Source of the DNA: Squalus acanthias
Lineage: Eukaryota
Assembly (NCBI GenBank): GCA_030390025.1
Contig: CM059433.1
Coordinates: forward strand, 11,720,001 to 11,784,000
Length of the DNA: 64,000 nt
Direction of reading: 5' to 3'
The number at the start of each line of letters is the position of its first letter. Position 1 is the stretch's first letter. The notes under the pieces are model-generated. The model saw only the letters and a list, made by a program, of their open reading frames with translations, was not told where the DNA came from and did not search any database. The translations under genes and the position numbers were made by a program. This document shows positions 1 through 12,120 of this stretch, in pieces.

Positions 1-87
1 CACACCCGACCCGCTGTCAAAAAAATCAAAATTTCCCACCCGACCCGCCACTGATCCCGCCCGCTGACCTCCCGGAAAATTCAGGCC
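1..87. mobile_element. End of a GC-rich non-autonomous DNA transposon (MITE), cut by the window edge
   Basis: ccgacccgcc repeats and terminus ggaaaattcaggcc followed by taa, similar to the terminus near 25090. Confidence 0.45.
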
Positions 88-1229
88 TAAGACTCTCGTT
101 TCCAACTGAAGTATTTCACTCTCAAACTCAATGTGAAATTCTATCATATTATGATCACTCTTCCCCAGAGGATCCTTTACTATGAGATTACTAATTAACC
201 CAGTCTCATTACACAATACAAGATCTAAAATAACCTGTTCCCTGGTTTGTTCCATGACGTCTTGTTCTGGGAAACTGTTTCGAATGCATTCCATGAACTC
301 GTCCTCCAGACTACCTTTGCCAATTTGATTTGCCAAGTCTATATGAAGATTAAAGTCCCCCATAATTATTGTATTACCTTTGCTACAAGCTCCTGTTATT
401 TGTTGATTAATACTCTGTCCAATGGTGTAGCTACTGTTTGGGGGCCTATAAATTGCTCCCACCAGTCTTTTCTGCCCCTTGTTATTTCTTATCTCCATCC
501 ATACTGATTCTGCTTCCTGATATTCTGAGCTAAGATCCTTTCTCACTGCTGTCCTTATGTCATCCTTTATTATCAGCGCTACCCCGCCCTTTTCCATTCT
601 GCCTGTCTTTTCGAAACATCAAGTACCCTGGAATATTTAGTTCCCAACCTAGGCCACCTTGCAACCACATCTCTGTAATAGCTATTAGATCAAAGCCATT
701 TATCTCTGTTTGTGCCAATAATTTGTCTGTCTTGTTACGAATGTTCCATGCATTCAGATAAAGAGCCTTTAATTTTAACTTTTTACCATTATTCCCTGCT
801 TTCATCTTATTCGCTGATGCACTTTTACCGTTAAACTCTCTGTCCCTTCTTGTCACACTCTGCTTATCTTTACCCAAATCACTACATTGCTCCATTGCCT
901 TGACTTTTCTCTTTAGATTTCTAAATTTCCCCTCACCTGACCCCCTCCCCCCTTTTAAGTTTGAAGTCTCAACTTGTCCTGCCACCTGCAAAGATTTGTG
1001 TATGTATACCCCCACGTCTCTCTGTTCCTGCACTCCCTTTAAAATTGTACCATTTTGTTTATATTGCCTTTCCTCATTCATCCTTCCAAAATGCATCACT
1101 TCACACTGCTTTGTATTACATTTCATCTGCCATGTGTCTGCCCATTTCACCAGTCTATGTCCTCCTGAAGCCTATTACTATCCTCCTCACAGTTTACTAC
1201 ATTTGCAAGTTTTTGTGTCATCTGCAAAC
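88..1229 (-). mobile_element. CR1 LINE fragments (APE endonuclease part about 88-960 joined to an RT C-terminal piece about 961-1229)
   Basis: LKALYLNAWNIRNK...IAITEMWLQ endonuclease motifs and WADTWQM...CEVMHFGR RT motif; degenerate. Confidence 0.85.
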
Positions 1230-2807
1230 ATGTTTTTAATTATAATAATTGTAATGGTTGTGAACATGACTGACAACAGTGTTAAATATTATAGAATGGA
1301 ATATCTGCTGCATCATGCAAAGAACAAGCTGAAAATACTCTAGATATTCGATGGCCTGGAAGTATGAACCGTATTTAGGAAAAAAGTTGGCAAACACAAT
1401 AACAGAAGTTGTCCTTTCCCCCTTGACTGCTCTGTCACATTTAAATGAGGGCAAGGGGCCAGGGATAGGGAAACCAGCCAATTTCCAACTTCCTTCCCAC
1501 TGTACCACCAACCCCAAGTAAGACCAGAAGAGAAGTGGCGGTACTTGCTGGAGCCATTATGGAAAGATCCCTGACAGAATCAGGGAAAAGAGCAGATTAT
1601 GCCTACATTTCTCACTGGTCTGCCCCCCTCACGGCAGGATCCTAGATGTGGGCTCCTTAAGAACCGTTTCACAAAATTTCAGTACAGTCTTCAGGGGCTT
1701 CGGCCCCCTGTCAATCTCTCTCCTCCAAAGTTAGGGAGCTGCAGCAAGTTCCCCACTGCATTTCCCCAGCTAGCAGTGGCGGGCTCCCTCCGTAGAGCAG
1801 AGATACTGCCAGGAGCACACCCTGTTTAATGAGGCCCAAACCAGGAAAATGGGTCAGGGCAGTGGGCGGAAGTCCAACACCGACCCACTACCAGTGGCTA
1901 AACCGCTCCAGAGGAAAATCCAGCCCTATATTCTTCTGTTACATTTCAGCTTCTTTCTCAAATACTTGGGCTTAGAAATTCATTGGTGCCACGTCTGTTT
2001 TACAAGCGTAAAACTGGCGCCTAAGCATCCATATTGGCAAAGGCTGAAGTGTAGGCACCTAGGCCCTGCGCCTGAAACAGCCTGAAAGTCCGGGCCAGCG
2101 ACATTCAGAATAACCAAGTATATGTTTGGCCTAACCAGTGGTCCTTAAAGGGAAGCCATCATCAAAAAGGTCAGTTTTAAAGAAAATAAATATTTCAAAA
2201 TACTTACCTGACTGTGGAGCCGGGAGAAGCAGAAGAAATTTGTCAGCGATGAACGGGACATAAAAATGTAAAGCGAGCTTACATCTAATGCTATAATGTA
2301 ACGTTAGAAGTGGCCATTATAAAATGAGTCAGTCATTTTGATATGTACAGAATAAATAAAGTCCCAATTATAGTGGTAAGAATTGGTTCTGTACTGTTTA
2401 TAATGTTTACGGTCATTATTTTCTAACTGTTTACTAAATATTCCGTCTCATAACTTAGGAACGATAGAGTAAAACCCACCTCCTTGGACATTCCAAATTC
2501 CTGGTCTCATTCAAGGTTTGAGCCCCTCTTTGAAGTGTACCACAACCAGATCGCCGTTTGTTCTTCAATTTTACATTATTAAACTATTCCTCTCTCAGTC
2601 TACACCCAAAATGAAGCGACTATTAAGTAACAAACCTGCCAAATTGTATTCTTTTATTCCCATAGAGATATGGTGGGTTCCACAATATTGCTGCATTACT
2701 TGGGTTTTGCTTTTTGAGGCTTACCACAATTTGTTTGACTGAACTGTACCAACAATTTTTTAAAAAGCACCAACTGTACATTCTTAATGAACGCTCCACC
2801 ACAACAA

Positions 2808-3332
2808 TTAACCATTGCCTCTACAGTGCAATTGCAGCTTATTAAGTTCCTTTTCATTGCTAACCTTTTCCAACTCGGAGACTTCATCAACGTGCTCGTG
2901 TCTCTCTGCCGGCTCGTGCCATGTTTCAGATTCATGTGACACCGGACCTTTCTGAGCAGATTGTAAGCTCTTTTGCTCTGATGCCACACCTGCAATGTAG
3001 TCATCACGGGCTGGGCGAGAGCCTTCGTTCCTTGGATCCTCCTGTTCGCTATGAGGTCCATCTGTTGCTGAAGGTAGGGCATTGGAATTTCCTAGTATTC
3101 TAGTATCACCATCAACATTATTGGACAGGCTATCCTCTTTAGTTTTACTGTATTCTTGTACATTTTCAACTAGTCCATCCTCATCTCCTGTCCACCCATT
3201 TGGGTCATTCCACTGCTCTCTTCCATTCCCGTAACCGTCCACTCCATGATGCAGATCCTCTTTATGGTTAGTTGTCGATGTAACATTGTCATAAGGTGGT
3301 ATTTCTTCCTCATAAACAATTTCAGCAGGGAC
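2808..3332 (-). CDS. DCDC2: DCDC2-family gene, large acidic (probably terminal) coding exon
   Basis: Acceptor gttttattttacag|; phase 0; begins VPAEIVYEEE (human DCDC2 RPAEIVDEEE); 174 open codons to TAA; minus-strand AATAAA at 2653-2658. An internal donor near 2863 could end the exon earlier. Confidence 0.85.
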   Translation of the reverse strand, partial: VPAEIVYEEEIPPYDNVTSTTNHKEDLHHGVDGYGNGREQWNDPNGWTGDEDGLVENVQEYSKTKEDSLSNNVDGDTRILGNSNALPSATDGPHSEQEDPRNEGSRPARDDYIAGVASEQKSLQSAQKGPVSHESETWHEPAERHEHVDEVSELEKVSNEKELNKLQLHCRGNG

Positions 3333-3513
3333 CTGTAAAATAAAACACATTTGTTTTTTGCTAGGCTAGAAATTGCAATTCCACTGTCATGGTCTCCAAG
3401 ATCCTTACAGTATTCTAATTGAGTAAGTGTTCAATAACCTCCAGGATGGGCACCAAGTGCTCCGTCATTGAGCCTAGTGGGTTGCAACTGCGCAGGAAAC
3501 AAGAAAAAGCTTA

Positions 3514-4205
3514 GGGGGGAAGATTGGGTTCCTTTGCGCCTGCCGTTAGCCCCCCGAGGAATTCAGCAGGAGGTTAGCGGCGGCGGTAGCCGGTAGCGCC
3601 CCGCGGCGCTGCACCGCCGGTGATGACACCATCGCAGTGCGCAGCGCCCCACTAGCACCCCGGCCGCAAACTTGGCTCACGTCCCCTGACCTGCCACCGG
3701 ACGCTATGTCCGAAAGGGTCAGGGTCCCATGTTTGCGGCCGGGGCGGCACAAATTAAAGGGCAGGTGCCAGGCGGCCATTTTTTTGGGGCCGCCTGCCAG
3801 CACCTGCCCCCTCTGCCCTCCTCCTGCGTGGTTCCGGCCGCGATCGGTCAGCCCGCCGCTCCTCTTGCGGAATTACCCCTGCTGTGTTGAACTCCTCTTG
3901 AGTGCCGGGCTCTTTTGCCAGGCACACCACTCCCCAGTGGTCCAGCAGGGCCCCGGTGTGCGCTGTGCTAGGCCCCTCCCCTTTAATCAGAGGAGGGAGG
4001 GCCTGCAGTACCGCGGCGCTACGTGTCGAAGCGCGTGGTACTGCTGCACATAGCACCGCGAATATTCAATGGGAGCGCCCCAAGAGGGAGGGGGAGCGCT
4101 TCCAGTAGCGCCCCACCTCCTGCTTGGGGCGCTACCATTCAATTTCAGGCAGCGTGGGCGCTAACTTTTCCAGGGGCGCTAAAAGCGCGACCCAATTTTT
4201 CCCCC
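3514..4205. mobile_element. GC-rich Harbinger-type MITE, family A
   Basis: Termini GGGGGGAAGATTGGG / CCCAATTTTTCCCCC with TTA on both sides; homologous to 21779-22380, 26603-27297 and 39472-40241. Confidence 0.8.
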
Positions 4206-4910
4206 TTAGAATCCAATAGAACATCTCTCTCTCACGCACTTCTATTCTGCAGCCGTACTCTCCATTACAATCTTTCTTCTTTTCACTAATGGATCAATGG
4301 TACTATGGTCACTGCTCCTCTAAACTTTTCTCTCTTGTTCCTTCTAAACCCTAAATGTGTCACCTTCCTCCCTCTTGTTCTCACTGGGGGTAATATCATG
4401 ATCCCACGCTGGCAGAGTGGAACTCTGCTCACAGGAAGCACCTGTCGGAGTTAAGGCTACAGCATTAGAACCACGATTCTGTGACCCCAGTGAGCACAAT
4501 CTTTGCTGGGAGCGCAGGATGGCGGAATTACCCCTGCCGTGTTGAAGTCAAAGCATTTCACACTGCCCAATACTCAAACCCATTCATTAACCAGGACCTC
4601 AAATCTGTTGCCAGGGCTTTTCTATGGGAGCAGATCCAGGCCTGCACCTGTAAGGGTCACAGTCCAGACAGAACAAAACTGCTGAGGCGAGGAGGGGTGG
4701 TCCCAGCCTTCCAACTCTGTTGCTGGATGTGATGCTTGCTGGGCGCCCTAGCGCAGGAGCGCCCAGAAAGAGCTGACACTCTGGTTTGCCCCTGGCCTCC
4801 TCAGGACAGCCAGGAGCAGGCCGAAGGTCTGCAGGTGAGCGCTGCATTATATTTTTCTTAACCCCTCTCCCAAGAATTTTCATGGACAGTTGGGACCTCA
4901 TGGCTGCCAA

Positions 4911-6905
4911 GAACATAAGAACATAATAAGAAAGTGGAGCAGGAGTCGGCCATTTGGCCCCTCGAGCCTGCTCCACCGCTCAATATGATCATGGCTGATC
5001 TTCTACCTCATCTCCTCTTCTTCTTCTTCTTAGGCAGTCCCTTGGAACCGAGGATGACTTGCTTCCACATTAAAAATGAGTTCTCAGGTGACTGATGAGT
5101 CCAATGCGGGAAATACAGTCTCTGTTACAGGTGGGGCAGATGGTGGTTGAAGGGGCGGGTGGGTGGGGTGCTTGGGTTGACGTGCGCTCCTTGCGCTACT
5201 TGCGCTTGGCTTCTGCTTGCTCTCGGTGAAGAGACTCGAGGTGTTCGGCGTCTTCCCGGATGCTTCTCCTCCACATATGTGCGGTCTTGGGCCAGGGATT
5301 CCCAGGTGTCAGTGGGGATGTTGCACTTTTTCAAGGAGGCTTTGAGGGTGTCCTTGAAGTGTTTCCTCTGCCCACCTGGGGCTCTCTTGCCGTGTCGGAG
5401 CTCCGAGTAGAGCACTTGTTTTGGGAGTCTCGTATCGGGCATGCGGACGATGTGACCCGTCCATCGGAGCTGATCGAGCGTGGTCAAAGCTTCGATGCTC
5501 GGAATGTTGGCCTGAGCGAGAACACTGATGTTGGTGCACCTATCCTGCCAATGGATTTGCAGGATCTTGCGGAGGCAGCGTTGGTGGTACTTCTCCAGTG
5601 CTTTGAGGTGCCTGCTGTACATGGTCCATGTCTCTGAGGCATACAGCAGGGCGGGTATCACTGCTGCTCTGTAGACCATGAGCTTAGTGCTGGGTTTGAG
5701 GTCCTGGTCTTCAAACACTCTCTTCCTCAGGTGACTGAAGGCTGCACTGGCACACTGAAGGCGGTGTTGGACTTCGTCATCAACGTCTGCCCTTGTTGAC
5801 AGTAGGCTCCTGAGGTATGGAAAGCGGTAATTACAGAGGAGTTTCTCTGCTGTCTGCCACAGGGAAAGTCATCGCAAGAATCCTCCTCAATTGCCCTCTC
5901 TCAATGGCCGAAGAGCTCCTCCCAGAGTCGCAATGCAGATTCCGCCCACTAAGGGGCACAATGGACATGATCTTCACCGCACATCAATTACAAGAGAAAT
6001 GCAGGGAACAGCACCAACCGCTGTACATGGCTTCTTTGATCTCACAAAGGCCTTCGACACTGTCAACCATGAGGGATTATGGAGTGTCCTCCTCAAATTC
6101 GGCTGCCCTCAAAAGTTTGTCACCATCCTCCGCCTGCTTCACGACGATATGCAAGCCGTGATCCTGACCAACGGTTCCACCACAGACCCAATTCATGTAC
6201 GGACCGGGGGTCAAGCAAGGCTGTGTCATCGCACCAACGCTCTTCTCAATCTTCCTTGCTGCAATGCTCCATCTCACCCTCAGTAAGCTCCCCGCTGGAG
6301 AGGAGCTAATTTACAGAACAAACGGGAAACTGTTCAACCTCCATCGCCTCCAGTCCAGATCCCAGGTCGTCCCATCCTCTGTCGTCGAATTACAGTATGC
6401 AGACAATGCTTGCGTCTGCGCTCACTTGGAGGTCGAACTCCAAACCATCGTCAACATCTTCACCGAAGCGTACGAGAGCATGGGCCTTACACTAAACATC
6501 CATAAGACAAAGGTCCTCTACCAACCTGCCCCCGCCACCCAGTACTGCCTCCCGATTATCAAAACCCACGACAAAACCTTGGACCACTTTCCATACCTTG
6601 GGAGCCTACCTCATCTCCACTTTCCTGAAATATCCCCATATCCCTTGATTCCCTTAATATTCAAAAATCGATTTCCATCTTGAATATACTCAACGACTGA
6701 GCCACCACAGCCCTCTGGGGTAGAGAATTCCAAAGATTCCCCACCCTCTGAGTGAAGAAATTTCTCCTCATCTCAGTCTTAAATGGCCGACCCCTTATTC
6801 TGAGACTGTGACCCCTGGTTCTAGACTCCCCAGCCAGAGGGAAACATCCTCCCTGCATCTACCCTGTCAAGCCCTGTCAGAATTTTGTACGTTTCAATGA
6901 GATCA
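4911..6905 (-). mobile_element. CR1 3' fragment (4911-5015 and 6606-6905) interrupted by an RTE insertion
   Basis: (TTCTTATG)n-type tail, GGAGCAGG/CCTGCTCC 3' stem, and RTRGHSLRIRGRPFKTEMRRNFF motif. Confidence 0.85.
5016..6605. mobile_element. RTE-clade LINE with 5' inversion (3' part on minus 5016-5820; RT part on plus 5821-6605)
   Basis: NYRGVSLLS, FDLTKAFDTV, GVKQGCVIAPTLF and QYAD motifs; (AAG)n tail; 13-bp duplication CTACCTCATCTCC at 5003-5015 and 6606-6618. Confidence 0.9.
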
Positions 6906-7331
6906 ACCTCCATTGGTCCCAATCTCCGAGGCCGGAGAGGCAGCTGCGTGCCTGCGAGGATTGCAGCTGCTCCTGACGTTCCTGCCAGCTTGAACCCCTG
7001 CCTTGAGGGCGGGCCTGCACTGGGGCTTAAATGACCCAGGAGGGGAAATCCAGGTGCACCTGGGACTAGACACATGAGGGCGCTGTTCCTGTTTTGCACC
7101 TAAGCACAGAGAGCCCAGGATAATCAGCCCCGTAACGGCCAGAATTACGGGCCTAGGCTGTCCAACTAAATTTCTTTAAAAACTACCAGAGGTCTTTCCT
7201 TGTGGATTTACTTATTATTCATTCAGCCAACAAATCAGTTCACTATTTGTAAAGCAACAGGGGGGGAAAAAATCTCTTTAGTCAATGCCACCAACGTGCA
7301 TTTTCTTTAAACCCACGGTACATACAGATTT

Positions 7332-7543
7332 AACAACAGCAAATGCTGGAGACACTCAGCAGGCCAGGCAACATCCGTGGAGAGAGAAAAACAGAGTTAA
7401 CGTTTCAGGTCTGGGACCCTTCGTCTGACCTGAACCGTTGACTCTGTTTCTCTCTCCACGGATGCTGCCTGGCCAGCTGAGTGTTGCCAGCATTTTCTGT
7501 TGTTATTTCAGATTTCCAGCATGCGCAGTATTTCGCTTTTGTA
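7332..7543. mobile_element. Palindromic Penelope-type short element with a truncated hammerhead core
   Basis: About 90-bp inverted arms around 7425; minus strand reads GACGAagGGTCccaGACCtGAAACGTT; same family as 21212-21404. Confidence 0.65.
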
Positions 7544-8892
7544 CATACAGATTTGTTAGGCAATTTATACATCGTTTGAAATATCTTGTTTGTGAAATCA
7601 TACAGTGCAGAATAATCTTTCAGATCAACAGAATATGACATTACAAAATAATTATGTTGAAAAATGTATTTTCACATGGTGTTTCTTAAGAAAATTAGCG
7701 CTGTACTTAGAATTGCTTCATAAGTTTCAGTGTAACTCTTAAGAGACACATAACTTCTAATAGCTACCCTATCAATTTGATGCACATAAAAATTCAATTA
7801 AATTTGCACATGACTTCAATGTGAATTAATTATTAGACTATGGTATATGTTTCACATCCATCACAGTCAATGCCAAGTTAGATGATAGAGTGCAGAAAGC
7901 CATTTACAATCACGGTTGTCCCAGGCTACTTCATCAAAGGAACAGGACAGATAAATTATTTTTGCACGTGCAGCAAACTGAAGGGCATTTTGTCCTGGTC
8001 CAAAATAAATAAATATTTTTCCTGTAAAATACAGGTGGATCAAATGGAAAAAGGAGGACTTGCAAATCCTTTCGGATGTATTTCAGACACTTCTACTGCC
8101 TGGAAACTATGGAAATAGGTGTTGCATTTCCACATTTCATGCACGGGCCACGGCATCAACAATATTTCCTCACCAGATGCTGGTTCAGGAACTGAAGATG
8201 TGCTTGAACATTGACTTATGTATATAACTGAAGTAGTAAAGAGTGTCTGTTTTGCTGTACATTGGCTGATAAGTTGGGAAATATACATGTTGCTGTATAT
8301 TAAATCCCAAATTTACATTCACTTCAAGCCTCATTAATGAAGTTGGGGACAAGTTAGCACCTTGAATTAGTACCAGTTATAAGGGGAAACTTGAGATGAT
8401 AGCTAGATCACACCTCGAGAGAAGTGAGAGACAGCTCACATGTCATAACAGATCATCTGCTGCTGCAACAGTCAATAAAATATTATACTAAAATGAGTCA
8501 ACTATAAACAAACACAAAAGTGTGCTGTGGAATGCAAAAAAATATGAATTTTAATCCACATTAAAGACACAGATCATAACTTACTTGTGGAAGTAAAATC
8601 ATAATTCACTGCCTCTGTAATATATTCTCTATGGGTACCAGCCCAACTGTGGGCTACATATGTGTGAATTTTTGGATAAAGCAAAAGCTCACACATTCAC
8701 ACAACATAAATTCATTCAAAATATAAGAGGAGAGTTGGTTAATGGGCATCTGGTAATGTGTGAACTCTGAAGAAATGTCAGTTTTATGCAATTTATTTCA
8801 CTATGTTCAGCGTTGCAGGGAGGCATGAATAGATTCTGAGCACTAAAATTGCATTTTCAATTCAGAAAACCCTTTCATCATCAGGACTGATT

Positions 8893-9660
8893 TTTAAAAA
8901 TTCATTCTTGCGATGTGGGCGTCGCTGGCAAGGCCGGCATTTATTGCCCGTCCCTTGCTGTCCTTGAGAAGGTGGTGGTGGACCTTCTTGAACCGCTGCA
9001 GGCTGTGGGGTAAAGGTACTCCCACAACGCTGTTAGGTAGAGAGTGCCATGATTCTGACTAGTGGTGATGAAGGAGGTGACGATACATGCCCAAGTCGGG
9101 ATGGTTTGTGACAGGGAGGAAAAGTTGGAGGTGGTAGATTCCCCAGGCACCTGCGGCCCTTGTGTCTCTGAGTAGTGGAGGTCGTGGGCTTGGGACGTGC
9201 TGCCGAAGATGCCTTATCAAATTGCTGTTGTACATCCTGCAGTGTATCCTGTGGATGGTACACACTGCAGCCACTGGTACACCGTTGGTGGAGGGAGCGG
9301 ATGTTTAAGCTGGTGGATGGGATGCCAATCAAGCAAACCGCTTTGTTCCGGATGATGTCGAGCTTCTTGAGTGTTGTTGCAGTTGCACCCATCCAGTCAA
9401 GTGGAGAGTAATCCATCATACTCCTGACTTGTAGGTGGTGGAATTTCTTTGAGGAGTGAGGAGGTGAGACACTCGCCGCAGAATACCCAGCCTCTGACCT
9501 GCTCTAGTAGCCATGGCATTTATGCGGCTGGTCCAGTTGAGTTTCTTGTTAATGGTGACGGCCCCCCCACCCCACCCCATCACCCCCCACCTCTACCCCA
9601 GGATGTTGATGGTGGGGCATTAGGCGATGATAATGCTATTGAATGTCAAGGGAAGATGAT
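8893..9660 (-). mobile_element. Zenon-like (CR1/Jockey group) LINE 3' fragment
   Basis: YSPLDWMGATATTLKKLD... motif and tail gggcaataaatgccggccttgccagcgacgcccacatc. Confidence 0.75.
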
Positions 9661-10312
9661 GGCCCTTGTTTGGAAACAGCAATCACCGGTTATTTGTATT
9701 TAATAACACACAATTTCTACTCCCTAGCAAAACAAAGATACAATTTATTTTCCATTAAATGGACCTGGTCATTTTTAATTTTGTAGAGGGTAGAGCTTTT
9801 ACATTAACTGGACATAGATCCAGACATCCCCATTCCCACCAAAAAAAAGATTATACGGTCAATTTTAAGGACTAATCAGAGCAGAGGTAAGTGAGTGAGC
9901 CTTCTTAGAGCACGAGGGAACAGAAACTCTGGTCCCGCTAGACCACTTGGCTATTCTGATACAGAACCCCATCGGACTGTCAGGCTTCTCAGAAGGAATA
10001 ATCAATAAATCACCAGGGAACAAGGATGTAGATTCCATTAACAGACTAACCTGAAAAAGGAATTTGGTTAAATGGATAGTCAAATATATGCAAAGACTTC
10101 TGTAGGAAGCAGATTTTTAAAATTAATTAAAATGCTTAAAAATAGCTTGTTGATAGTCACCAACACCATCTGGTGAAACATATGGAATTAGGTATGCTTT
10201 TTATGCATCTTGCAAAAACCATATTATGCATCTGCAAAATGGACAGATGAGAAAAAATACCTCTGTGCATGTCAAAGATTGACAAAAACTACAGTATTGC
10301 ACACATTCTAAC

Positions 10313-10416
10313 CTGATCAATAGGTAGATCCACTCTCATATCTGCATCTTCTCTCACCTCAGCAGCACCTTGGGTTTCTTTCCGAGTGTCTTGAGCTTTA
10401 AACACACCGTTGCCTT
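10313..10416 (-). CDS. DCDC2: DCDC2-family gene, internal 104-bp coding exon
   Basis: Acceptor tttatttggtttag| and donor |gttaga; phase 1 to 0; EGNGVFKAQDTRKETQGAAEVREDADMRVDLPIDQ matches the DCDC2-family C-terminal motif (human DCDC2 from memory: EGIFKAGAERSETRGAAEVQEDEDTQVEVPVDQ). Confidence 0.88.
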
Positions 10417-11343
10417 CTAAACCAAATAAACATAATATTCATCTTGTTACACCGGCACAGATATAAGCATGCTACCTTGACATGTAGTAATCGTGCTTTC
10501 GGTGAAAGTATACCATTTACTACGTGAAGGTCACATAAGCCCGGAAATGTCACTGTCCCTTTAAATGTAGACCATGGCGGTGAAACACGTTCTGTAAACA
10601 ATTTTACCAAACAGGTGGTTACGGTTTCTGTACTCGCACCAACCCTTCCGGTAACATCATCGACAATACGAATCTCGCCCCCACAGTTCCGTGTTCATGT
10701 TGACTTCTTTGGTAAAATGTTCTAACGAGATCAGATTCCGTAATTATGGGATGAGTCCTACTGAAGAAAGCATCATCCTCTATATCACAATGGAAAGTTA
10801 AACGATCGGGAAGATCACTATGCTGGTAAATCGTCCATTAAGTATGTTATAGCTTGACTGTGAGCGATGTAGGCTTGCATTCCATGCTCCAAAATTTACA
10901 CTATGTGTTAGGCTTTACAGGGCATCAATTATTCCCAGAAAGTTCACAGTTTGCGTCAGTGAGTACCTTGGGCAATAAATGCTGGCCTTGCCAGCGATGC
11001 CCACATCCCAGGGACAAATTTTTTAAAACCTACAGACTTTGGGGCCGAATTTCCAGTTGCTGTACCTGGGGCTATTGGATCGCCTCACACAGTGAGTACA
11101 GGAAAATAAGGCAGGGAGGTTATCGTGTCCCTAGTGGAGACTGCCACAGCTTCTGTCCATTAAGTTAAAAGGACGGAAAATTGGGCAGGCTTCTTTAATA
11201 GTTTGTGCTCCTCCCAACTTGATTTTCCTGTATTCACTGTGCCCAAGTGATCCAATATTCCTAGGTGCAGGAATGGGAAATTCTCCCACTTTGTTTTTTG
11301 AATTCATGGGGTTATAGATATTTTTGATGCCAATGTAATTATA

Positions 11344-11757
11344 CTTGCCTGGATGAGTGCAGCTCCAACAACACTCAAGAAGCTCGACACCATCCAGGAC
11401 AAAGCAGCCCGCTTGATTGGCACCTCATCCACCACCATAAACATTGCACCTCCCAAACCCGCGACCTCTTCCACCTAGAAGGACAAGGGCAGCAGGCGCA
11501 TGGGAACACCACCACCTCCAAGTTCCCCTCCAAGTCACACACCATCCTGACTTAGAAGTATATCGCCGTTCCTTCATTGTCGCTGGGTCAAAATCCTGGA
11601 ACTCCCTCCCTAATTGCGCTGTAGGAGCACCTTCACCACACGGATTGCAGCAGTTCAAGGAGGCGGCTCACCACCACCTTCTCAAGGGCAATTAGGGATG
11701 GGCAATAAATTCTGGGCCTTGCCAGCAGTGCCCAGATCCCAAGAACGAATTTAAAAA
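11344..11757 (+). mobile_element. Zenon-like LINE 3' fragment with internal deletion
   Basis: Near-identical to 46083-46560 but lacking about 85 bp. Confidence 0.8.
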
Positions 11758-12120
11758 AATAATAGCTGTTGGAGGCAGACGAACAGGCTCGATCGGTGCA
11801 ATTAGGTACGTACGTGGAGCTTTGCTTCCCCTGATTACAGTGCAGTACAAACAGGGGCATAGAGAAGCTGCCTTGCCAATCAGCATCAGCCACCTTGCAG
11901 AGAAGGAGTTACATTAATGAGATCACACACTCAAAATCCACACTGGTTGGGCAAGTTCCAACCCTGCCACTCCCTGCCCCCGTAGAAAATGAGCAAAATA
12001 GTAAGTCAGCAACCTGTCCTGCTGCCGTTTGATTCTTACAGCTGCCTTTCTGTTCTGAAAGTACATTAAAAGGTTATGTTTGTCTTGGGGGGATGCATAG
12101 GGATTTTGTTGCATATTGCT

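Noticed and set aside
560..1150. 196-aa ORF as a novel RT-endonuclease fusion
   Set aside because: Chance in-frame join of two CR1 fragments in non-native order.
3546..4289. Overlapping ORFs in GC-rich blocks (also about 21900, 24400, 26500 and 39650)
   Set aside because: Stop-poor GC-rich MITE sequence; frames are not conserved between copies.
9865..10050. Exon-like stretch with a good acceptor (VSLLMESTSLF...)
   Set aside because: No clear donor and no family similarity; flanking exons join in phase without it.
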